A DNA stretch of 64,000 nt from Scenedesmus sp. PABB004 (lineage: Eukaryota): assembly GCA_014905635.1 (NCBI GenBank), contig JABVCE010000009.1, positions 62,001 to 126,000 on the forward strand, in the 5' to 3' direction. Shown here one piece after another: positions 1-11,659 of this stretch. Under the pieces are notes generated by a model. It was given only the letters and a program-made list of their open reading frames with translations, did no database searches and was not told the DNA's origin. The position numbers were made by a program, and so were the translations under genes. Numbering within the stretch: position 1 is the first letter of the stretch; each line of letters begins with the position of its first letter.

Positions 1-3000
1 GACGCCGACGTCGGCCTGCGCGTGGGCCTGAACCTCAGCGGCGGCCCCGCCGCCAACTTCTGGAAGGCGCGCGCGCCATTCGACGCCCCCCCCCCCCCCC
101 CCCCAGCGCACGCGTGCTCGCGCCTCAGTTGCTGCCGCCGCCGGCCCCGCCGCCGGCGGCGCCGCAGGTGGGCTGCCACAAGGACCACTTTGCTGTGTGG
201 GCGGCCAAGGTGCTTGCGCGCGGGTACAGCGTCGGGCGCGTCGAGGAGCTGCCTGGCCACGAGGGCGGCGCCGGCCGCGGCGGCCTGCTCGTGCGGCGGC
301 TAGTGCAGATCTACACGCCCGGCACCGCGGTCGGCGGCCTGCTCGCGGTGAGGCTCTGGCAGCGGGCAGCACGGCGCGCACGCCGAGCTGGCAGCGGCGC
401 GCCGCCGGCAGGCAACGCGGCGCCGCGCGGCGCCGGCGCCTCGCAGGACGAGCTCGACCACCGCGCGCGCCCCATCCTCTGCCTCGTCGAGCTCCCGGCG
501 TCGGGCGGCGTCGCCGCCGGGCCCGCCCTCAAGGCGAGCGTGATCGGGTTGTGCGCGCTGGACGCGGCGTCGGGCGCCGCGCACGTAGGCTGCTGCGCCA
601 CTGCCGGCGCGTCGCGCGCGGCGCTCGCGGCGGCGCTGCTGATGGCCGACCCGGCCGAGGTCGTGGTGCTGCGGCACAACCTGCAGCCCGCCACGCTCGC
701 CCTCGTCGCCCGCCACTGCGCCGTCAAGGGCCGCCCGGGCGACGCCGGCGGCGGTGGCGGCGCCGGCGGCGCGGCGCAGGGTGGCCACGTGCCGGGGCTG
801 TCTTGGCTGCCGCAGGCCTCGGCCGGCGGCGTGCTCGACGGCCCGCTTCAGCTGCTGGGCGCGGCGCTGCCCGAGGCCGCGGCGCCCCAGGTGCATGCTG
901 CGGCCGAGCACTGCGCCAGCAGCGCTGGCGGCGGCGTCGCGGCGGCGGCGGGCCTCGCCGCGCTGGCGCTGGCGGTGCGGCAGCTCCAGCGGTGCAGCCT
1001 GGCGCACGTGCTGCCCACGCTGGACGTGCGCCCCCTGCTCGGCCTGGGCGGGCCCTTGGCGCTGGCGCCAGGTGCGCCTGCACGCGGCGAGGCGAGGCCG
1101 GCCGCCGTGCGGCTCACGCGCGCCCGTGCGCGTGCGCGCTCCCATGCCAGGCCGCACCTGCCGCGCGCAGGCCGCCCGCTGCTGCTGGACGACAAGGCTC
1201 TGCTCTCGCTGGACCTGCTCGCGCCCAGCAGCGCCGGCGCCGGCGGCGGCCTCAGCGGCGCGGCGCCGCCGGCCGTGGGCGGCGGCGGCCCGCCCGGCTC
1301 GCTGCTGCAGCTGCTTGACCGCGCCGTCAGCGGCGCGGGGCGGCGCAAGCTGCGTGACTGGATCTGCAGGTGCCTCCCTCGCACGCGTGCCGCCGCCGTG
1401 GCTCGTGCGGCGGCGGCGTTGCCGACGCGCCCGCGCGGCCCTGACCCGCGAGCGCCCGCGCGGCCCTGACCCGCGCGCGCGCGCCGCCCGCTGCCCGCAG
1501 GCCGCTTACGCTGGCATCGGCCATCGACGAGCGCCTGGACGTGCTCGACCTGTTCCTGGCTCACGGGGGCGCCGTGCGTGAGCTGCAGGGCCAGCTCGCT
1601 GCGCTGCCGGCGGACGCCGAGCGGCTGCTGCCCAAGGCCGCGGCGGCGCTGCGCGCCCTGCGGCAGCAGGCGCGCGTCGGCGACGGCGACGGCGGCGCCG
1701 ACCCCAGCGACGCCTGCGGCGCGGAGGCGAGCAAGGCGGCGTGGCGCGCGTTGCAGCTCCTGCCCGCATGCCTCATGGGTGAGCCCGCACGCCGGCCCGC
1801 CGCCGCCCGCGCTCATGCGCTCCCTATTCTACGGCGGCCGCCACCCCGCGCGCGCCACCCTCGCAGGCTGGTGAGCGCGGTGGCCCTCCTGCACCGGCAC
1901 CTGCAGCAGCACGGTGTCGCCTCGGCCAAGCTGCCGTTGCTCCACCGCGCGCTGCTCGCGGCGGCGCGCGCGGCGGAGCCGGCCAAGGCCCTGCACCGCA
2001 CGCTCAAGGGCGCAGAGTGGCAGGAGGAGCAGCCCGACGGCAGGCCCGCCGCCGCGCACGTGTCGCTCGCGCCCGGCGCCGACGCGGCGTGCGACGCGGC
2101 CGCCGGTGCGCTTTGCGACGCGGCGGCGCGGCACGAGCGCGTGCTGGCGGCGGCGCTGGCGCGCTACGGCCGCGCCGCGCCCGCGGTGCAGCGGGCCTTT
2201 GCCGGCGACGAGGAGCAGGCCACTGTGTGCCTGGTGGTGCAGCCGCCGCCGGGCGAGCACGCGCTGCAGTGGTCCGCGGGCCTGCTGGCGCCGGGCCACG
2301 AGCTGCTCGGTGCGGAGCGCCTGGCCGACTCGGCGGCAGCGGCGGCCGAGCCGCGCGCAGGGCGGGCGGCCGCCGCAGGCAGGGGCGGCCGCGGCGGGCG
2401 GGGGCGCGGCCGTGGCAGGGCGGCGCAGGCCGCCCAGGCGGGCGGCGGTGACGCCCTCGTGCTGCACGTGCTCGTCCCCGAGCTGGCCGCGCTCGGCGAC
2501 GAGCTCGGCGCGGCACGGCGGGAGCTGGCCGCCGCGGCGGGCGCCGCCCTGGACGCCGCGGCGGGCGCGTACCTGGCGTCGTATGGTCACTTCCGGGCGC
2601 TCGTCGCCGCGGTGGCGGAGCTCGACGTCCTGGCCGGCTTCTCACAGGTCGTCCGCCCGGCCGCCGCGCCGCCGGGCTGCGCGTTCAGCCGGCCGCGCTT
2701 CTCCGCGGCTGCGCCGCGGCGAGAGGGCGAGGGCCGCGCGGCCGCGCTGCTGCACCTGCGTGCGCTGTGGCACCCGCTGCTGCCAGCGGCTGGGCCGGGC
2801 GGCCGCGGTGCGCGCGTGGTGCCGAACGACCTGCGCCTCGGCGGCGACCAGCCCGGCGCGCTGCTGCTGACGGGCGCCAACATGGGCGGCAAGTCCACGC
2901 TCCTGCGCTCCGCCTGCCTCGCGGTCGTGATGGCGCAGGTGTGAGTCAGTGAGCGGGCCCGGGCGGCGCTCCCGACTCTCCGCGCCGACCGCGCTCCGAC

Positions 3001-3748
3001 TGCACCACGCCGCGCCGCGCCGCCGCCGCGCTGCCTGCCCCGGCCGCCGCAGATCGGCTGCTACGTCGCGGCGGCGGAGGCGGTGCTGGAGCCGGTGGAC
3101 GCCATCTTCACGCGCATTGGTGCGCCGCGCCACGCGCCGCGCCGCGCACGGGCTGCGGCTGCGCTTGCCGAGCCGCGGCCGGCGCTCGCCTCACACACCG
3201 GCAGGCGCGGCGGACGCGATCTGCTGCGGGCTGAGCACCTTCATGGTGGAGATGGCTGAGACCGGCGCGGCGCTGGCCGCCGCGTCGCCGGGGTCGCTCA
3301 TCGTGCTCGACGAGCTCGGCCGCGGTGCGGGGCGCGAGGCGGCGGTGGCGCGCGGCGCGCGCGAGGCACGCGGCCGCCGCTCGAGCTCACGCGCTCGAGC
3401 TCACGCGCGCGCGCAGGCACGAGCACACACGACGGCTATGCGCTCGCGTACGCGGTGCTCCGCCACCTCGCTCTGCCCCGCGCAGGGGCGGCGCCGCCGC
3501 GTCTCCTGTTTGCCACGCACCACCACGCCCTGGGTGCCGAGGGGGAGCTGGCGGCGCACGTCGCCGCGCAGCACATGGCGACCGAGGTCGACGTTGACGG
3601 CCGCCGGCGCCACCTCTTCGCGCTCCGCCCCGGCGCCGCGCCGGCGGGCTCCTGCGGCATCGACGTCGCGGCGCTGGCGGGCCTGCCGGAGGGCGTCGAG
3701 GCGCGCGCGACGGCGATCGCGGCCGCGCTCGCGCGCGGCCGTCACTGA
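1..3748 (+). CDS. MutS-family mismatch repair protein, MSH6/MSH7-like (multi-exon, 5' end lies before the window)
   Basis: Spliced exons give DADVG...FWK|VGC...GYSVGRVEE...RRLVQIYTPGT (domain I), LLLDDKALLSLDLL and GSLLQLLDRAVSGAGRRKLRDWICRPL (domain III), and LWHPLL, VVPNDL, LLTGANMGGKSTLLR (Walker A), IFTRIGAAD, STFMVEMAET, LIVLDELGRGTSTHDG, LFATHHH (ATPase domain V). Stop TGA at 3746-3748. Confidence 0.88.
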
Positions 3749-3975
3749 AGAGCGCTTCAGCGCGGTCGGCCTGTTGAGGAGCCGTCACTGAAGAGCGCTT
3801 CACGCCCGCCGCAACCGCCGCCGCCGCCGAGCGCAACGCCGCCCGCCCACGCCGGTCGCACTGCACCGCGCCCGATCTCAGGTCGTCGTGGCAGGCGGCG
3901 CGGGCCGCGAGCGCGCGCGGGGGCCGCAACGCAGTCGCACCCGGGGGCGAATCGCGCTCGCGCGGCTATCCCGCG

Positions 3976-5369
3976 ATGGACGCGCTGCTCGAGCATGACG
4001 CCGACATCCTGCGCCCGCCGTGGGGCCCCTACGGCCGCGACCTGACGCTGGGCGTGGTGGCGTGGGCGAGCAAGCTGGTGCTGCAGGTGCTCAACACCAC
4101 CAGCGTGCAGGGCCACGACACCTACACGCAGCTGGTAACCAATCGGACGCCCGGCCGGGGCCTGCTGACCGTCAGCAACCACACCAGGTGCGCCGGCGCA
4201 CGGCAGCGGCGGCCGCCGGCCGGCGCCCGCGGCCGGCGGCGCGCGGGGTGCGCGGGGTGCGCGCCGGCGCACACGCGACCGTCGGCGGCGGCGGCGCCGA
4301 GCAGTGCCCGCCCGGTCGCGCCCCACGCAGCACGTTTGACGACCCCGGGCTGCCGTGCGCGATGCTGCCGTGGACGTTCTTCTGGACCGAGCACGCGCAC
4401 GGCCTCAACCGCTGGACCATGTGCGCCAGCGACGTCTGCTTCACCAACGCGGTGTTCAGGTCAGGCGCACCCTGCACGCGCGGCGACTGCGTCGCCGGCC
4501 GCCCCCGACTTGCGCCGCCCGCTGACGCCTCGCTGCCCCCGCCCCTGGGGCGCAGGCAGTTCTTCGCCAACGGCAAGACGCTGCCGATCGAGCGCGGCGC
4601 GGGCGTGGGCCAGGCGCCGATGGGCGTCGCGGCGTCGGTGCTCGCGCGCGGCGACTGGCTGCACATATTCCCGGAGGGCCGCGTCACGCCCGACGGCAGC
4701 GTCGGCCCGTTCCGGCAGGGAATCGGGCGCCTCGTCTGCGACGCGCGCGCCGCCGCCGGTGGACGGTGCGCGCGCGCGCCCTCACGCCGCTCCGCGCACT
4801 CACTCTGTCCCCCCTCTCTCCCTCCTCCCTCCCCCACACCTCACGCACCGTTTACACGCCGCGCCCGCCCCGCTGCGGCGCAGGGACCCAATCATCCTGC
4901 CCTACTTCCACAGCGGCATGGCGCGCGTGATGCCGTTCAAGTCGGCGGTGCCGCGCGCGGGGCACGCCGTGGAGGTCGCGGTCGGGGCGCCTCTGGACAT
5001 CGGGCACATCACCTGCCGCTGCAACGCGCCGGGTGCGGGGCGCGCCGCGCGCGGCGCAGCGGCGCCGGCGGCGCTCCGCCGACCCGTGCGGCCGGCCGGG
5101 CCCGCGCCGCCGCAGGCGAGGACCAGCAGCAGGTGTGGCGGGACATTGCCGCCGCGCTGCGCGACGCCGTCGTCGCGCTGGAGGGCCGCGTGCCGCCCAA
5201 CCCCGACCAGGTGGCGGCGCGGCCGGACGTCGCCGAGTGGGAGCGGCGCTACCAGGAGCGCCAGGCCGCGCGGCGCGAGGAGCAGCAGCGCGCGGGCGGC
5301 GCGCAGCAGCAGCGGCCGCCGCGCTGGCGCTGGTGGCGCGGCGGCGCGGACGACCAGGGCGCGCGTTGA
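3976..5369 (+). CDS. TAZ: Tafazzin-like phospholipid acyltransferase (about 5 exons)
   Basis: LLTVSNHTSTFDDP (HxxxxD motif across a splice), RWTMCASDVCF, FFANGKTLPIERGAGVGQ, WLHIFPEGRV, FRQGIGRL, IILPYFHSGM. Confidence 0.9.
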
Positions 5370-5862
5370 GGGGGGGGGCGCTCGAAGCTGCACAGCTGCA
5401 GGGTTGTCGGCACTGAAACACGTGCCGCGCGTCGGCGTCGTCGGGGCGCAGCGCTGCGTCCTCGGCGCAGCGCCCCCCGCCGCGCGGCGCCGCCGCCGCT
5501 GCAATCCCGAGCGCACCGGCTCGCCACAGCACCCCCGCGCCGCCAGCCAGCCTCGGACGCGCGCGCGGCGCGGCAGCAGCGAACTCGCCCAGCTCGAGCA
5601 GGCGCTCCGCAGCGCACGCGGGACAGCGGCGCGCCGTGCGCGTGCGCGCTCGCTCCAGCGAGTCGTGGAGACGGTGACGACTGCGCGCACAGCGGCGAGA
5701 GCGGGCGCTGCGGGCCGCGCTCGCCCATCGGCTTTTGCGGCCTCCAGCGCTCCAGCGCTGCCCGATGGCCCTGCCAGTGGACTGAGCGGATGATTGAAGG
5801 TCCAGCCTTCATGTGAGCGCGCCAGGTGGCCGCAGCCCCCGGTTTTCGGGCGGGGCAGCAGG

Positions 5863-6229
5863 ATGGGGACAGGGCAGCAGCAGCCGGGCCGCCCCACCCC
5901 AGGCCGCCCGGGCGGGCCAGCCGAGGAGGACCCGCTGGAGATGAACCCGTTCACGCTGGCCTTCAAGTCGCCGGGTGCGGCCGCGCGCGCGCAGGCGGCG
6001 GCAGCGGGCGCTGCCGCTGCCGCTGCTGCCGCTGCGCCGCCCGGAGCCAGCGGCGGCGGCGCCGGCGCGCGCCCACGCGCGCGCGCGCTCCGCAGCTGTG
6101 GAGGGCGAGTTCCTGGGCGAGGTGGCCAACCGGCGCTGGCCGGTGCTGATCTTCATATTTTGCTTCGACGTGCTCTGCTTCCTCTTCCGCTTTGCCGCCA
6201 AGCTCTCCGCCTCGCGCGGCGGTGCGCCC

Positions 6230-6272
<43 letters not shown>

Positions 6273-8949
6273 TGCCTGGCGTGCGCGTGTGGCGCAGCGC
6301 ACTCGCCGCAGGGGGCACGGCGGCGGCTGGCGCGCGCGCGGCCCACGCGCGCCCGCGCGCGCGCAGGCGGCGCCGGCGAGGGCGCGGTGCGGCTGCTGGA
6401 GGTCGCGACGGAGATGGGCCACCAGCTCGCCAACATGGCCATGCTCTACGTCCTCATCGGCCTCCTCAACAAGCGCGCGCGCACCGCCGGCAACAACGCC
6501 GCGCGCCAGGCGAGAGCCGCGCAGCCGCGCCGCGCAGCCGCGCCGCGCAGCCGCCGCCCGCTCGCGCGCGCCGCCCGCCCGCTCGCGCGCGCGCTGCGCG
6601 CGCCGCCGCCTCACGCCGCGCGCGCGCTGCGTGCTGCGCGCCCGCCAGGAGGAGGTGCTGCTGTCCATCTGCATGGGCCTCGCGATCTGCAACCTGCTCG
6701 CGAGCCTGCGCGCGGACAACGCGCAGGACTACGTCTACATGGGCTACTTCCTCATCTGTGAGCACACAGACAGGCCCTTTGCTGTCTGCTGTGTTGTGAG
6801 CCAAGCAAAGCAATGGCCCTTTGCTGTGTGCTGTGTGTGCTGCCTGGCCCGCCCGCGCCGCCGCCTGCTGCGTGCCATCGCTGCTGCGTGCCGTGCGCCG
6901 TGCGCTGTGTGCTGTGCGCGGCCCACGCCCGCGCCCGCGCCCACGCCCGCCCCGCGCCGCGCGCCGTCCGTCAGGCACGAGCACGTTCCTCAAGATCCGC
7001 TGGTGGGTGGGCACGGGCCTGCTGGCGACGCCGACCGTCGCGGTGCGCATCTGGTACAGCTCGGCGGCGCCGAGGTGAGAGGAAGGGGGCGGGGCGCACG
7101 GGGCGCCTGCCGCCGCCGCCGGCCGCGGCCGCATCATCACGCCCCCACCGCTGCCATGTCGTCGCGCGCCGCCGCCGCCGCAGCGCGCTCCTGCCGCCGG
7201 ACGCGGTCGTGCACATCGTGGTGGCCTGGGCGGTGGGCGGGCTGATGGCCTATCTCACAGACTCGTACCGCAGGTGAGGCGGCGTGCGTGCCCGCCCAGC
7301 GCACCGCGGGGCGGCAGCGCCGCGGCCTGCGCGGCCGGCGCCGGCCGCAGCGGCGCGCCCCGCTGAGCGCGGCCGCGGCGGCGGGGTCGTGGCGCGCGCA
7401 GGCAGATGTACTCGCACGCGCGCCTCGCGGCGGCGGCGCACGAGAAGGAGATGCAGGAGGCCACCGCGCGCATACAGGCACGCGCGCGCCGGGCGCGGCC
7501 CGCGTCGCCCTCACGCTCTGCCGCGCCGCGCGCGCGGGCCGGCGCCGCGCGCCGCTGACAGGCGCCGCGCCGCGCCCCGCCGCGCCGCGCCGTTCCCTCT
7601 GCGCAGGCGCAGCGCGAGCTCGCGGCGGCGCAGGCGCAGGCGGGGCAGCGCGCGCTGACAGTGGCGCGCGAGAAGGCGGCGCACGAGGCCAAGAGCGAGT
7701 TCATGAGCCTGATGTGCCACGAGGTGCGTGTGTGTGGGCGTGTGGGTGTGTGTGGGTGTGTGGGTGTGTGGGAGTGGGTGTGGGTGTGGGGCGCACGCAC
7801 GCACGGCGCGCGCGGCACGCTCAGCGACCCCGAGCACGGCGCGGGCGCGGGCGGCTTCGCGCGCGGCCGCCACCGCAGCTGTACGGCAGCGCCTGTCAAG
7901 AATGACGTGCGCACGGCCGTGCAGACACCATTCTTGACAGGCGCTGCTGTGCAGCGGCGGCGGCGGCCGCGCGCGTTAGGCCCCCCTCCCCCATCTGTCC
8001 AGACCCTCGCCCCGCCCCCACACACACCGGCACCCTCGCCTCCCACCCACCCACCCTGGCTCGCCCCCGCCGCGCCCGCCCGCGCCCCGCCGCGCCGCCC
8101 GCCGCCCGCCGCCCGCGCGCGCCGCCGCGCCAGGTGCGCACGCCGCTCAACGGCTGCCTCGCGAGCGCCGAGATGCTGCTGGGCATGACGCTCAACGACG
8201 AGCAGCGCGAGCTCGCCAACACCATACGCGTGAGCGGCTCCATCCTGCTGTCAACGGTCTCAAACTTCCTCGACTTTTTCAAGCTCGAGGTGCGCGACGC
8301 TGGGGGGGGGGGGGGCGGCCCGCCGCCGGCCCGCGCCCGCCGGCCCGCCGCCGCGCTCCGCCCACTCCTGCCTTCCCCCCACGCACACACACGCGCAGGC
8401 GGGGAAGCGGCTCGACATCGTGCGCAGCGAGGTGGTGCTGTCGGACCTGGTCGGCGACGTGCACTGCATCATCGAGGCCATGATCGGCCGCGGCGGCGCG
8501 GTCGCGCTGCAGCCGCCGCAGCTGCTCGGCGTGCCCGACGCGGTGCTGTGCGACCCCGACCGCCTGCGGGGCATCCTGCTTAACCTTTACACCAACGCAG
8601 CCAAGTTCACCAAGCGCGGCCACATCCAGCTGCGCGTGCGCAGCGTCCCCCGCGACTTCACGCCGCCGCCGCCGCCGGGGTTCAGCGCGATTACGCTCAA
8701 GCCGAGCTACGGCCCCAGCGCGAGCAGCCACAGGTGCGGCGGCGGGCGCGCGCGCGCGCGCGCACGCGCAGCGGGCACGGCGTGCGCGGCGGGGGGGGGG
8801 CTGAGCAGACGCGCGCCCGCCCGCGCGCCGCGCCCTGCCAGGAGCATGGACATGTCCAGCCACGTGGTTATGACGCCCGCGGCGGACGGCGCGACGGAGC
8901 AGCAGCAGCTGGGCCAGCAGCAGGGCCAGCAGCAGCAGCTCAAGCAGCC

Positions 8950-8984
<35 letters not shown>

Positions 8985-8994
8985 TCAAGCAGCC

Positions 8995-9027
<33 letters not shown>

Positions 9028-10891
9028 GCAGCAGCAGGACCAGCAGCAGCAGGAGCAGCAGCCGCCGCCGGGCACGCCGTCGGCTGCGGCGGCGGCCGAC
9101 GCCGGCGGCAGCCTGCAGCAGCAGGCAGCGGCCGGTGCGCCGGAGCAGGCGCAGCAGGCGCCCGCCAAGGTTCGCACAGCCGAGCGGCAGTTCTGGCGCC
9201 ACGCGCCGCAGTGGGCGCGGCACCTGCTGCTGCCCAACGGCGCGGAGCGGGCCGCTCGCGCGGCGCCGGCCGGCGGCAGCGAGGGCGGCAGCAGCGCCGC
9301 GAGCAGCAAGGCGGACGGTGGCCCCCAGTATGAGGTGCACGCGATGAGCAGCGCCGCGCCGGCGAGCAGCGGCGGCGACGACCCCGGCGGCGGCGGCGCC
9401 GACGGCCCCGCCGGCGGCGCGCCGTCGCCATCGCCGTCGCCATCGCCGTCGCCGTCGCCGTCGCTGTCGCCGCCGACGTCGTGCCCGCTGCCGGAGCTGC
9501 CGGCGCCGTCGGGCCCCGCCGCGGCCGCGGCCGCGGGCCTGCCGCCCGCGGGGCCGTCGTCGTCGGCCGCGCCGCGCGCGCGGCGCAGCCTCGGTGACGA
9601 GGCGTGCTGGCTGCTGTTTGAGGTGGAGGACACCGGCGTCGGCATCACGCGCGACGGCCTGGCCAGCCTCTTCCGCGAGTTTGTGCAGGGCACGGAGGAC
9701 GAGATGAGCAAGCCGCGCACGCGCGGCGGCACCGGCCTCGGCCTCAGCATCTGCAGCAAGCAGGCGCGCCGCGCCGCGGCGCGGGCGGCGCGCGGGCGGC
9801 GGGCGGCCGCGGGGCGGCGCGGCGCGGGGGCTGCCCGCGACGCGCGCCGGCGCCGGGTGGGGGCGCCTGGCCCGCCCGGCCGAGGGCTGGCGCGCCGCGC
9901 GCGCGCCGACGCCGCCCGCCCGCCGCCGTACACATGTGCGCCGCAGGTGGGCGTGCTCGGCGGCGTCATTGGTGCGCGTTCCTGCCGCGGGCAGGGCAGC
10001 TGCTTCTGGTTTGCCATTCCGACCTACCTGCGCTCACCCAAGGGCAGCAGCCGCGAGGAGCGCCGCAAGTCGGTCGAGCTTCTGCAGCAGCAGGCAGCGG
10101 CGGCGGCGGCGGCGGTCGCCGCCGCGCCGTGGCCGGGCGGCGGCGGCGGCGCCGGCAGCAGCGCCGGCGCCGGCGGCGCGGCGAGCAACGTCGCCACGCC
10201 CAGCGTGCTGCACTCTGGCCTGTACCAGAGCGCGGCGCTGCCGGGCGGCGCGCGCGGCGGCGGCACGGGGAGCAGCAGCACCGCCGCCGGGCCGGCGCCG
10301 GGCGGCGTCGCGGCGCCGGCGCCGGCGCCGCTCGTCTCGACGGCGGTCGCGGCGCCGCCACCGGGCGGCGGTCGGCCGGCGGGCCCGCCGGCGCGCGTGG
10401 GGCCGTCGCTGAGCCTCGACGGCCGCGCGGCGGGCGCGCCCGCGCTCGACGTCGGCCGGCTCGCCGGGCGGCGCGTGCTGCTGGCGGAGGACAACCTCAT
10501 CAACCAGACCGTCGCGCGCAAAATGCTGAGCAGCCTCGGCATGGCCGTCGAGGTCGCGGCCAACGGGCTCGAGGCGCTGACCGCGGTGCGGCGCGCCGCG
10601 GCCGACGCGGCGGCCGGCGGCTTTTCGCTGGTGCTCATGGACATGGCGATGCCGGTCATGGGCGGCGTGGAGGCGACGCGCGCGATCCGGGCCGAGGGGC
10701 ACGGCCTGCCCGTCGTCGCGATGACCGCCAACGCGAGCGACCGCGACCGCGACGAGTGCGCGGGCGCGGGCATGAACGGTTTCCTGTCCAAGCCGGTGCT
10801 GCGCGACCAGCTCGCGCGCGCGATCCTCGCCGCGCTCGACGAGCACGACGCGTGCCGCGGCGGCGCCGGCGGCGGCGGCGGCGGCGGCTGA
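5863..10891 (+). CDS. Membrane-anchored hybrid histidine kinase (multi-TM N-terminus, HisKA, HATPase_c, receiver domain)
   Basis: H box AKSEFMSLMCHE|VRTPLNG, N box ILLNLYTNAAKFT, G1 FEVEDTGVGI, G2 GGTGLGLSICSK. Receiver RVLLAEDNLINQ...LVLMDMAMPVMGG...AMTAN...FLSKP. Several hydrophobic exons lie at 6096-7273. The start codon is inferred. Confidence 0.9.
7858..7975 (+). ncRNA. Long intronic hairpin, candidate pre-miRNA
   Basis: 7880-7904 pairs with 7929-7953 (25 bp including two G:U on the + strand), extended by 7858-7871 pairing with 7962-7975. Lies in histidine kinase intron 7724-8133. Confidence 0.5.
8898..9061 (+). repeat. CAG-rich repeat encoding a polyglutamine tract inside the histidine kinase
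   Basis: (CAG)n runs in frame with ORF 8420..10891. Confidence 0.85.
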
Positions 10892-11659
10892 GCGAGCAGA
10901 GGAGTTGGGAACGAACGCGGAGGATGCAGGGGATGGGGACGGAGGGGCGGGGGGTGCTGAGGGGCCGCGGCGTGGCGCGATTTGGCCGGCCGCTGCGTGA
11001 GCTCGCGCTCGCATCGAGCGCGGCCGGGCTGAGCAGCGAGGCTGGCTGAGCGGCCAGCGCAGCGTTCTCCGCGGCGCGCCGGCGGGCGGCCCACTTTTGC
11101 CGCAGTTTGGTTTGACGAGTGCTGCCGCGCCGGCGTATGAAGCCTCGCGCACGGGCGGCGCAGGGCGCGGGCACAAAAGAACCCACACACACGAAACCTT
11201 GGCCGCACTGGTCGGCGTCGGTCCGGCGTCGGCGTCGTTGGTTGGGGGCGTCTGGGTGCGAGTGACTGCGAGTGAGAGTGTTTGCGTGCTGCGCGGCGTG
11301 CTGCGGCGCACACGCGCGGGACTGGCGGCGCGCGCTTGGAACCGGCGTCACACGCCAGACATTGCGCGACTGGCGGTGCAGGCAGGCAGCGGGGCAGCTG
11401 GCGTGCGCGGCGCGGCGGCGGCCGATCGGGCGCGCGTCGCCGTCGCGCGTGCTGCACCGCCGCGCGTGGCCGCCGCGCGCCCCAAGCGCGCGCGGCGCGC
11501 CGTCCTCGCACAGCTCCCGTCCGTCGCCCCGCCGTCCCAGTGCGCCGCCCGCACGCCCGCCAGGCGCCCGCCAGGCGACGCGGCCCGCGCCACGCCCGCG
11601 CCCGGACGCCGCGCCCCCGACGCCAGGCTCAGCGGTCGGTCCAGGCCCCCCAGCGCGCC

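Noticed and set aside
3749..3975. MutS-tafazzin (and DPE1-CKS1) as bicistronic pairs
   Set aside because: Gaps of about 230-320 nt fit the general compactness of the window, and the upstream ORFs are long with many internal ATGs.
6096..7273. Histidine-kinase rhodopsin
   Set aside because: No recognisable helix-7 retinal-binding lysine motif or other rhodopsin signatures.
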